A stretch of DNA of 64,000 bases from Candidatus Buchananbacteria bacterium (GTDB lineage Bacteria; Patescibacteriota; Patescibacteriia; Buchananbacterales; UBA6539). Under the pieces are notes generated by a model. That model was not told the origin of the DNA. It made no database searches and saw only the letters and a program-made list of their open reading frames with translations. Below are positions 9,321-17,156 of this stretch, piece by piece. Every line of letters starts with the position of its first letter. Position 1 is the first letter of the stretch. The stretch spans positions 344 through 64,343 of the forward strand of contig JBAYLH010000005.1 in assembly GCA_041664165.1 (NCBI GenBank). Reading direction: 5' to 3'. Both the position numbers and the translations under genes were made by a program.

Positions 9321-9675
9321 GTAAAAACCTACCTCTCGCCCCCTCACCAAGCCTTTGATTAAACTTTGATATCCAACCGACTAAGCTGTTGGTTTAGCCC
9401 GGATAAGGTAGGCGGTTTCCGACGGGATAACACTTAATTTTTAGGATCACTCATTCGGGCTTGGTGGGGGTGGTCACCAAAAATTTTATTAAGTATGTTT
9501 ATAAGATATAAAAAATTTTAAAGTAAAAGTTAGTAAAAATTATCTTCTCGCCCCGTACTAAGTCGCAAATAAATATTTGAAATTGATCCAAGCCAGCCGC
9601 TAGGCGGTGTTCGCGCCAAAAAAACAAAATGTTAAATTGAAATGAACCGCGGACTTTAGTGCGGGGTCACCAGTT
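9321..9675. repeat. two tandem, diverged copies (9321-9480 and 9531-9675) of a ~150-nt GC-rich structured element; candidate ncRNA or leader structure
   Basis: Both copies start with gtaaaaa..ctctcgcccc and end with ..ggggtggtcacca / ..gcggggtcaccag. Each is closed by a 13-14 bp stem formed from its own ends: ccctcaccaagcc/ggcttggtggggg in copy 1, ccccgtactaag/cttagtgcgggg in copy 2. Both share an internal taggcggt-t-cg motif. GC content is well above the surrounding intergenic DNA. Confidence 0.5.
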
Positions 9676-9715
9676 TTTAAACTTAACTTTTTGCGAGATA
9701 AGGTTTAAATGCCAT

Positions 9716-9770
9716 CTTATTATACTAAATTTTTCTAGTCTTGACAAGAGTAAAACAAGAGGAGTAAGAT
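9716..9770. promoter_or_regulatory. divergent promoter pair with overlapping -35 hexamers
   Basis: Plus strand: TTGACA (9741-9746), an 18-nt spacer, then TAAGAT (9765-9770), upstream of the response-regulator gene. Minus strand: TTGTCA (reverse complement of 9742-9747), a 17-nt spacer, then TATAAT (reverse complement of 9719-9724). The minus-strand promoter would drive a long structured leader towards secA. Confidence 0.4.
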
Positions 9771-9822
9771 TAAAAGTCGTTGGTCGAAAATGACAAAAGC
9801 AACCCAACAAGGAGGGTTTGAG

Positions 9823-10560
9823 ATGGAGAGAATAAGAGTACTGCTCGTTGATGACGATCCTGAAATTGTGGATTGTCTTGCCGAAGCCTTAACTAGTCAA
9901 GGCTTCAATGTTTACGGCGTGACTAGTCTCGCTAAAGCCTTGGAGTGGCTGGAGCAAAATACCGTTGACCTGGTTATCACCGATAGCCAGGGGATGTTAA
10001 AGGATCGTAATGACCTCCTTCCGATGATGGAAGAAATCAGGAGAATTACCGCCGTGCCGGTAATTCTGATGACCGACGCCATTAAAGAAAATCAAATCCC
10101 AGAGTTTCTTCAGCAGGGATTTGCTGCCGTCTTAATCAAGGTGGCAACCCTGAAAGATCTCTACGAAGCTATCCGTAAGCCCTTTAGGACAAAGTTCACC
10201 GTCCTAGTGGTTAATGACTGCCAAACCGCATTAGAAACCACGGCCGAGCTTATTGAAACCTTCGGATACAGCGCAGCTACCGCCAAGGACGGTCAGGAAG
10301 CCTGGGAGATGGTCAAAAAAAATCCCCCAAATCTGGTCTTTACCAGTGATTCAATGCCAAGACTTTCCGGACCAGTGCTACTCGAAAAAATGAAAGCTTC
10401 GGCAGACGACACCATCAGCGACATCCCGGTAATCCTTTACGGAACCTGGGCTACCGTTAACGAAATTAGGCTGAGAGAGCAGGGTTTTGCCGTAGTGCTG
10501 CAAAAACCGGCCAAAGCCGAAACAATTAAAGACGCTCTAATAAGCGTCTTGGGCTGCTGA
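9823..10560 (+). CDS. orphan response regulator with two tandem receiver (REC) domains and no output domain
   Basis: REC1 has RVLLVDDD ... DLVITD; REC2 has TVLVVNDCQ ... LVFTSD ... K. The Shine-Dalgarno site AAGGAGGG (9809-9816) sits 7 nt before the ATG at 9823; an alternative in-frame ATG lies at 9790. GC content and codon use (CTG/CTC) are clearly richer than the neighbouring genes. Confidence 0.7.
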   Translation: MERIRVLLVDDDPEIVDCLAEALTSQGFNVYGVTSLAKALEWLEQNTVDLVITDSQGMLKDRNDLLPMMEEIRRITAVPVILMTDAIKENQIPEFLQQGFAAVLIKVATLKDLYEAIRKPFRTKFTVLVVNDCQTALETTAELIETFGYSAATAKDGQEAWEMVKKNPPNLVFTSDSMPRLSGPVLLEKMKASADDTISDIPVILYGTWATVNEIRLREQGFAVVLQKPAKAETIKDALISVLGC

Positions 10561-10577
10561 CACAGCAGCAGAGATTT

Positions 10578-10612
10578 CTCAAAGGTGACTTTTGACAGCC
10601 ACCTTTTTTCTT
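10578..10612. terminator. weak hairpin plus T-tract between the response regulator and murB (possibly bidirectional)
   Basis: aggtgacttttgacagccacct followed by tttttctttt. Confidence 0.3.
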
Positions 10613-10616
10613 TTGC

Positions 10617-11582
10617 CTAAAAACCTAAATATCGGATTTCTTCTTCCAGCTGAATTCCCAGCTGATTTCTGACTCGCATTTTAACGTCGGAAATAAGCAT
10701 AATCACGTGCTCGGCTTTGGCCGAACCGATATTAACAAAAAAATTTGAATGTTTTTCCGAAATTTGGCAGCCGCCGATAGTTTTTCCTCTTAAATCCAGC
10801 CGGTCAATCAAATAGCCTGCTGACAATTTTCCGTGCATCGTTACTTTTTGCCATTCGGCTTCATCGATATCCAGTTCTTTTTTCAGGCGCTCTTTGTCAA
10901 TTGCCGTTTTATCCAATTTGATATTTTTGAAAATACAGCCGGCCGACGGTTCAATCGGCAGCTTTTGATTTCTTTCCAAAATGAATTTAACCACCTGGCT
11001 TTGAATTGCTCTGGGATCGCCTTTTTCCAATTTAACCGTCACTGACAAAATTATTCCCGGCACTTTTTTTAAAATACTCCCCCGATACTCATAGGCCATT
11101 TCCGGCTGGCTTAACTTTTTTACTTCCCCGGCCTGGTAAATTTCAACTTCCTTGACAACTTTGCCGAAACTGACCCCGTAAGCGCCGGCATTGCCAAAAG
11201 CCGTACCGCCGACGGTTCCGGGAATTCCGGCCATGGTTTCCAAACCGGTTAGACCGGCCTGGCCGGCTAAACCGATTAAGCGGCTCAAATTCACCCCGGC
11301 TTCCACCCAGATTTCCTGGCCGTTAATCGTAAAATTATTACTGACTGTTTTGATAATTAACCCGGCAAAGCCATCGTCGGAAACTAGCATATTCGAACCC
11401 CAGCCTAAAATAAAAAACGGAATTTTCAGCTCTTCCGCCGTTTTTACCGCCGCTAAAAGCTCCTGGCTATTTTTCGCTTCATAAAAATACTTCGCCGGCC
11501 CGCCGATTTTAAAAGTGGTGTGGCTAGCCAAAGGCTCGTTTTCTTTGACACTGCCTAATTTTTCGATTAATTTATCTGACAT
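10617..11582 (-). CDS. murB: UDP-N-acetylenolpyruvoylglucosamine reductase (MurB)
   Basis: N-terminal FAD-binding segment (TTFKIGGPAKYF ... LGWGSNMLV) and the characteristic MurB C-terminal domain. Confidence 0.85.
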   Translation of the reverse strand: MSDKLIEKLGSVKENEPLASHTTFKIGGPAKYFYEAKNSQELLAAVKTAEELKIPFFILGWGSNMLVSDDGFAGLIIKTVSNNFTINGQEIWVEAGVNLSRLIGLAGQAGLTGLETMAGIPGTVGGTAFGNAGAYGVSFGKVVKEVEIYQAGEVKKLSQPEMAYEYRGSILKKVPGIILSVTVKLEKGDPRAIQSQVVKFILERNQKLPIEPSAGCIFKNIKLDKTAIDKERLKKELDIDEAEWQKVTMHGKLSAGYLIDRLDLRGKTIGGCQISEKHSNFFVNIGSAKAEHVIMLISDVKMRVRNQLGIQLEEEIRYLGF

Positions 11583-11590
11583 AAAAAATT

Positions 11591-12979
11591 CTAATTTATC
11601 AGTTTATCCCTGACCCGGTAAACATCCCCCGCACCCATGGTTACTAAAACCATGCCCGGCTTAATTTTATCTTTTAAATAATCAATGGCCTGGTTTAAAT
11701 CGCCGGCGTAAACCACATTGGGCTGGTACTTTTTTGTCGCTTCGGCTAAATCTTGGGAAGTAATATCTTGGGCGGTTTCCCGAGCCGAGGCGAAAATATC
11801 GGCGAAAATTACCAAGTTAACGTCGGCAAAACTAGCGGCAAAGTCGGCCAGCAGCGCTTTAGTCCGGGAAGCCATGTGCGGCTGAAAAACGCACCAAATC
11901 AGCTGATCCGGATAGCGGTGCCGGGCGGCGCTGAGCGTAGCTTTGATTTCGCTTGGATGATGGGCATAATCATCGATAAAAGTAACGCCGTTATTTTCCG
12001 AAACATCAAACCTTCTTTCAGTCCCTTGGAAATTTTTTAAAATATTTTTTATCAGTTCAACCGGCAAACCTTCGTTAATACCGACGATAATCGCCGCCAG
12101 CGCATTCAAAACGTTATGCTCACCAAACAGTTTAATCCGAAAATCTTTTAAGTCAAGGGTCTGGCTTTTTACGTCAAAAAGGGTCTGGTTGTATTCATGC
12201 CTGACATTACAAGCCTGCCATAAATTATCTTCGTTAAAGCCGTAAGTAATAACCTTTTTTTGAGTCTGACTGATAATTTTTCTGACACTTGGCCAATCAC
12301 CGCAAGCGACGACTAAATCTTTGGTTTTTTCAACTAATTGCTGAAAAGCTTTTTCGATCGCTTCCAAACTTTCAAAAACGTCAACGTGTTCCCATTCTAC
12401 GCTCGTAATCACCGAAATAGCCGGATCCAAATCTAAAAATTTCGGCATTTTTTCGGTTTTACTTCTGACATATTCATCGCCTTCAACAATGAAATGCCGA
12501 CCATCGCCCCAGCCGGCATTGCTTTTTAAATCCGGAACCGAGCCGGTGCCGATTAAAAAACTGGGTAACAATCCGGCCTGGGAAAAAAGATAGCTGATCA
12601 TCGCCGTTGTCGTGGTTTTGCCGTGAACTCCGGTAACGGCAATGGTTTTCTTTTCTCCGCTTAATAATCCGCGCATTTCAGAATCGGTTATCCAGGGCAA
12701 ATTTCTCTTTTTGGTTTCCGCCACTTCAATATTGTCATCCGACCAGGAAGCGCCGATAATTACCAAGTTCGGCTGGCAATTCAAATTTGCCGCTGAAAAA
12801 TTTTCAAAAACTTCAATTTCGTTGGCAATCAAAATTTTATCGGTAATAAATTTTTCCGAAACATCAGAACCGAAAACTTCAATTCCCCGCTGCTTGCAAA
12901 TCACCGCTAAACCCGACATCGCCACTCCCTTGATGCCGATGAAATATACTTTTTTTACTTTGGTTAAATCAACATTCAT
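11591..12979 (-). CDS. murC: UDP-N-acetylmuramate--L-alanine ligase (MurC)
   Basis: Mur ligase architecture: VYFIGIKGVAMSGLA N-domain and GVHGKTTTTAMI P-loop. It sits in the cell-wall cluster. Confidence 0.8.
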   Translation of the reverse strand: MNVDLTKVKKVYFIGIKGVAMSGLAVICKQRGIEVFGSDVSEKFITDKILIANEIEVFENFSAANLNCQPNLVIIGASWSDDNIEVAETKKRNLPWITDSEMRGLLSGEKKTIAVTGVHGKTTTTAMISYLFSQAGLLPSFLIGTGSVPDLKSNAGWGDGRHFIVEGDEYVRSKTEKMPKFLDLDPAISVITSVEWEHVDVFESLEAIEKAFQQLVEKTKDLVVACGDWPSVRKIISQTQKKVITYGFNEDNLWQACNVRHEYNQTLFDVKSQTLDLKDFRIKLFGEHNVLNALAAIIVGINEGLPVELIKNILKNFQGTERRFDVSENNGVTFIDDYAHHPSEIKATLSAARHRYPDQLIWCVFQPHMASRTKALLADFAASFADVNLVIFADIFASARETAQDITSQDLAEATKKYQPNVVYAGDLNQAIDYLKDKIKPGMVLVTMGAGDVYRVRDKLIN

Positions 12980-13066
12980 AAAGTTAAATACTAAATCCTA
13001 AATTCTAAATCCGAAACAAATTCCAATTTTTTAAATCACAAATTACAAACGGCTTGGAATTTATAT

Positions 13067-13951
13067 TTATAAGCCCAAATCCTGCTTAATCTGCGGCAAA
13101 GCCGCCATTGCCGCTTTTCGCCCTTCATTAATGCAATACTGAACCGAATTAACGTGATATCGCCTTACCCGGCTAATATCGGGTTTAATTAAAGCGTCAT
13201 AGCGATAGGCATGATGATATAAATTATTAATTTCGGTGGCTGACAGAACAAATACCCGCCACATTGTCTGAATTATATTCAAATTGCATAAACCGTTATT
13301 TTTCATCGAACAAATCGTCTCCCGGCTTTTTTTCACCCTTTTAAAGTTGGAAAAAAATCTGGTAACAAAGCTGGGATCTCTGGAAACATAAACCGCAATC
13401 ACGTAATCGGCGCCGCTGTCATAAAGCGGTTTGGAAGGAATCATATTAAAATTCCCGCCGTCAATGATAATTTTTCCAGCCCAATTCACCGGCACAAAAA
13501 TACCGGGAACGGCCGTGGCCGCCTGAATCGCTTTGCCGACCGGGCCTTCGGTAATCATCATTTCTTCCATACTGGCCAAATCAGTTACCGCCAAAATTAA
13601 TTTTTTATCCAAATCGGAAAACTTTTTATCGCCGACAAATTCTTCAAAAAATACCCGGTTTCGTTCGCCTTTAAGCAACCCGGCTTTCGGCATGGTCGGC
13701 TCAATAATCACATTCCAAAAATCACGCCTTCGGCCTTCAACCAGGCGTTTTTTGAGCTGAGGCAAAGTCCCGGCCGCATAAGCCGCGGCCACCGCCGAAC
13801 CGGAGCTGCAGCCGGCCAATAAGTCAATCGGGATATTATTTTCGGTCAAAACTTCAATGACGCCGATGGCCGCAGTCGCCCGAATAAAGCCGCCGGAAAT
13901 AGCCAAGCCTACTTTTATTTTAGGTATTTTAGGTTTTTGTTCTTCATTCAT
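13067..13951 (-). CDS. patatin-like phospholipase family protein
   Basis: GGFIRATAAIGV oxyanion region and GCSSG (GXSXG) nucleophile elbow. Confidence 0.7.
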   Translation of the reverse strand: MNEEQKPKIPKIKVGLAISGGFIRATAAIGVIEVLTENNIPIDLLAGCSSGSAVAAAYAAGTLPQLKKRLVEGRRRDFWNVIIEPTMPKAGLLKGERNRVFFEEFVGDKKFSDLDKKLILAVTDLASMEEMMITEGPVGKAIQAATAVPGIFVPVNWAGKIIIDGGNFNMIPSKPLYDSGADYVIAVYVSRDPSFVTRFFSNFKRVKKSRETICSMKNNGLCNLNIIQTMWRVFVLSATEINNLYHHAYRYDALIKPDISRVRRYHVNSVQYCINEGRKAAMAALPQIKQDLGL

Positions 13952-13954
13952 GGT

Positions 13955-15001
13955 TTATAAAATCATTTTGGCAATTTTTTCCGCCGCCTTGGCTGGCATA
14001 ATTTTTCCGATATTGCGGCTTAAATTTGCCAATTCCGCTTGGTCGAAAAGCAGCTGCTTAATCGCTTGGGCAAAATCTTTTGGCTCCAGTCCGGCTTCAT
14101 TGACGACGGCAATCGCGTTATGGCGAAAAAATTCCGTGGCATTTTCCTGCTGATGGCTTTGCGGCAAAGGAATAATTAAAGCGGGTTTGGCTAAGGCCGC
14201 CAGCTCAGTCAAAGTACCCATACCGGCTCGGGCAACAACCAAATCAGCCGCGGCATAAGCGTTTTTCAGCTGGTCGGTTAAAAAATCAAAATTTCGGTAG
14301 CGGGGGTCGGAAAAATTTTGGATCGGTTTGCCGCCGGTTAAATGAATCACCTGGCAAAACTTTACTAATTCAGCAATACTGCCGGCAACTAGCCGATTAA
14401 TGCTTAAAGCGCCGGTGCCGCCGCCCAAAATTAAAACCGTCGGCAGCTGCGGGTCAAAATTAAAAAATTTGTAGCCGGCTTCCCGGCTGCCGGTAAGGAT
14501 TTCCGGCCGAACCGGATTGCCGGTTAAAACTGTTTTCGGCCCGGGAAAATCAGCCAGCGATTTCGGGAAAGCCACGGCAATAATACTGGCAAACCGCGCC
14601 ATTAATTTATTGGCCAAACCGGGCCGAATATCCTGCTGTAAAATCAAAACCGGCCGGCGGCAAAGCCAGGCCGCCCAAGTTACCGGCACGGCAACAAACC
14701 CGCCGGCCGAAATTACCGCTTGGGGTTTAAATTTCAAAATTATTGCCAGCGCCTGAAAAAAACCGAAAATAATCAAAATTGGATCAAAAAAATTCTGCCA
14801 GGAAAAATAGCGGCGGAATTTACCGGCGAAAATTTTTTTCAGCGGAATTTGATAGCTGCCGATTAATTTATCCTCCGGCCCATCGGAAGTTGCCAGCCAC
14901 AAAAACTCAGCACCGGGATGCTGTTTTTTAATTTCTTCATAAACCGCAATCAAAGGGCTGACTGAACCGATCGTGCCGCCCCCGGAAAATAATATTTTCA
15001 T
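13955..15001 (-). CDS. murG: undecaprenyldiphospho-muramoylpentapeptide beta-N-acetylglucosaminyltransferase (MurG)
   Basis: GT-B MurG sequence (ILFSGGGTIGSVSP ... GGGTGALSIN). Confidence 0.85.
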   Translation of the reverse strand: MKILFSGGGTIGSVSPLIAVYEEIKKQHPGAEFLWLATSDGPEDKLIGSYQIPLKKIFAGKFRRYFSWQNFFDPILIIFGFFQALAIILKFKPQAVISAGGFVAVPVTWAAWLCRRPVLILQQDIRPGLANKLMARFASIIAVAFPKSLADFPGPKTVLTGNPVRPEILTGSREAGYKFFNFDPQLPTVLILGGGTGALSINRLVAGSIAELVKFCQVIHLTGGKPIQNFSDPRYRNFDFLTDQLKNAYAAADLVVARAGMGTLTELAALAKPALIIPLPQSHQQENATEFFRHNAIAVVNEAGLEPKDFAQAIKQLLFDQAELANLSRNIGKIMPAKAAEKIAKMIL

Positions 15002-15005
15002 AACT

Positions 15006-15037
15006 AAAAAATAGCAGATTTGGGCTTAAAAATCAAC
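15006..15037. repeat. 32-bp direct repeat, copy 1 (aaaaaatagcagatttgGgcttaaaaatcaac), flanking an inserted cassette
   Basis: Identical to 15964-15997 apart from one mismatch. It lies immediately upstream of the murG start codon. Confidence 0.8.
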
Positions 15038-15258
15038 AGCGGAAAAAAAATTTGTTGGATAATAAATCGGTAAAATAACTAATTCTAGCTATCCTTTCAT
15101 TTTGAATTTGCCGCGCAAAGACAACGCGTGAATATCGAAATCTTCCATTGGCGTCATCGCGAACGCTTCTTTTTCTCCCGACCCTTAAATAGTTTATCAT
15201 TAGCCAATATTTATCCCAAAAAGGTAACTTTAACTCTACGATTTTGGGGGCTACATTT

Positions 15259-15287
15259 TGACAGATAGCTTAAAATAAGCTATATTA
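15259..15287 (+). promoter_or_regulatory. sigma70-like promoter for the inserted antisense ORFs
   Basis: TTGACA, a 17-nt spacer, then TATATT. Confidence 0.45.
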
Positions 15288-15377
15288 CTATGTTGGTAGG
15301 GTTACCATCGCGCGTGCGGCGGTATTCCGACCGGTTACAATGCAACTTTACCCAACAAACAAGGGAGGAATTGGCGA

Positions 15378-15742
15378 TGACTATCGGCGAGTTTTTGTTT
15401 CGGAGTTTGGCAAAGGGGTTTGCAAGGTTCTGCGAATTTCTGTGGGACTACAAATCTTCCGCTGTCCTGGCCATGACGGGGTCGTTAGCATACTCATTGT
15501 TGTATGGCTTTCGAAATCCCCACCATGTTAAACGTGGATACTACAATTTCGTTCAACCTGGAGCCGATGTGACTTGGGACATGACAAGATATGTCTGGGG
15601 AGCATTATGGTCAGGAATAGACCAGTGGCTTGGTAATATCCATTGGGTAGCCGGTTTGATGGTTATAGCGGTTTTGATCCATTGGGCCGTCGTGAAATTG
15701 CTGACCTACAAACTGCCATCTCACCACGAAAAACAACGGTGA
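15378..15742 (+). CDS. hypothetical membrane protein encoded antisense to the dcw operon; GC-rich and SD-bearing
   Basis: Shine-Dalgarno AAGGGAGG 7 nt before ATG. Two hydrophobic helices plus a Trp-rich region. About 48-50% GC against roughly 40% background. The track ORF starts earlier, at 15290. Confidence 0.4.
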
Positions 15743-15758
15743 GAAAGGAGGAAAGGCA

Positions 15759-15878
15759 ATGTACTGTAGCTATTGCGGAAGCAGGGAGCATAATATTTCC
15801 CTGTGCCCCAAAACACATACCGGAAGTGCTGCTAGAGCATGGCACCCCGAAAGTATAGCCGATAATCGTATCGACTAA
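15759..15878 (+). CDS. 39-aa Cys-rich peptide (MYCSYCGSREHNISLCPKTHTGS...), SD-bearing
   Basis: Shine-Dalgarno AAAGGAGG 6 nt before ATG. CxxC...C spacing. Below the ORF-track cutoff and found by reading the sequence. Confidence 0.3.
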   Translation: MYCSYCGSREHNISLCPKTHTGSAARAWHPESIADNRID

Positions 15879-15963
15879 ACCTGTCGGCTTAAGCCGAGGG
15901 GTTTACTCCAAAAAAAAACACCGAAGCCTGGCGATAATTTCAAAGGGCTTCTTTTTCTTTTTC

Positions 15964-15997
15964 AAAAAAAATAGCAGATTTGAGCTTAAAAATCAAC
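15964..15997. repeat. 32-bp direct repeat, copy 2, at the 3' end of ftsW
   Basis: aaaaaaaatagcagatttgAgcttaaaaatcaac; it overlaps the ftsW stop codon. Confidence 0.8.
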
Positions 15998-17156
15998 TGA
16001 TTTCCCGCGAAATATTAGCTAAAATTCCGACGGCCGCTAACGAAGCGGCCAAAGCCGTGCCGCCATAACTGACAAAAGGTAAAGGAATACCGGTTAAAGG
16101 CATCAAACCAATCATCGCGGCAATATTGAAAAAGGCTTGCAAAACAAACCAGGAAGTTATGCCAATGATGACAAACCGGGCATAATCATCGCTAACGGCT
16201 TGAGCTAATTTTAATCCCCGCCAGGCTAAAAGGATAAATAGACCAATCAAAGCCACGGCAAAAATAAAGCCCAATTCTTCGGCAATGATGGCAAAAATTG
16301 AATCGCCCATGACTTCCGGCAGATAAGCAAATTTCTGGCGCGACTGGCCAAAACCTAAACCAAAAAATCCGCCGGAACCAATCGCCAAAAAAGCCTGGTT
16401 GATATGGTAACCGATTCCCTGCGGGTCAATTTTCGGATTCAAAAAAGTCAAAAGCCGCGCCGCCCGATATGGTGCCTGAATGACTAAAATGCCAAAAGCC
16501 GCTAGCCCACCCAAAATTAACCACAAAATATGGGTGAATCTGGCGCCGGCGGTAAAATAAACGGCCAAAGAAATACTAACGATTATGATCAAAGTGCCTA
16601 AATCCGGCTGCATTACCACTAAAAGCGAGATTAAACCCAAAATTACCGCAAACGGCACCAGACCATTCCAAAAATCATTATTTAGTTCCCGGCCGCGATA
16701 AGAAAACCAACCGGCCAAGCCTAAAATTAAAAACAGCTTGACGATTTCAGCCGGCTGAAACGAAAAAAGGCCAAAGACATTAATCCAGCTTTTAGCCGAA
16801 CTGCCATTATTGGAACCGATCCCCGGCAAAAAAACTAAAAGTAAAAGTATCAAAGAAATAATAAAAAACCAAACCGTGTATTTTTCCAGCCGCCGGTAAG
16901 GAATGGCGGCAAAAACAAAAAAGAAAGCCACCCCGGGGATAAAGCCGCTGACGACTTGGTGCCAAAAAAGGTAGTAGGTACTGCCAAAATTTCGATAAGA
17001 CTCAACCGCCGACGCCGAAGAAAGCATGATTAGGCCAAAAACCGTAATGAGGCCAAAAATACCCAGTAAAAAATAGTCTGGCTTGCCTAAAATTTTTTCT
17101 AAGTTCAGCCGGCTGGTTAGTTTTTTTTTACTTTGTTTAAAGTGAAACCGCTTCAT
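15993..17156 (-). CDS. ftsW: SEDS-family peptidoglycan glycosyltransferase FtsW
   Basis: Ten-TM SEDS protein with conserved QPDLGT, a PYRRLEK-region and SYGGT blocks. It overlaps murD by 4 nt. Confidence 0.85.
   Translation of the reverse strand: MKRFHFKQSKKKLTSRLNLEKILGKPDYFLLGIFGLITVFGLIMLSSASAVESYRNFGSTYYLFWHQVVSGFIPGVAFFFVFAAIPYRRLEKYTVWFFIISLILLLLVFLPGIGSNNGSSAKSWINVFGLFSFQPAEIVKLFLILGLAGWFSYRGRELNNDFWNGLVPFAVILGLISLLVVMQPDLGTLIIIVSISLAVYFTAGARFTHILWLILGGLAAFGILVIQAPYRAARLLTFLNPKIDPQGIGYHINQAFLAIGSGGFFGLGFGQSRQKFAYLPEVMGDSIFAIIAEELGFIFAVALIGLFILLAWRGLKLAQAVSDDYARFVIIGITSWFVLQAFFNIAAMIGLMPLTGIPLPFVSYGGTALAASLAAVGILANISREIS

Noticed and set aside
9321-9675. Considered tRNA, tmRNA, SRP RNA or 6S RNA for the two structured elements, because of the 3' ..GGTCACCA ends
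   Set aside because: There is no T-loop (GTTCRANYC), no anticodon arm geometry, no SRP GGAA/AGCAG motif and no tmRNA tag frame. The terminal stem does not place the CCA as an acceptor end. Left as an unclassified structured repeat.
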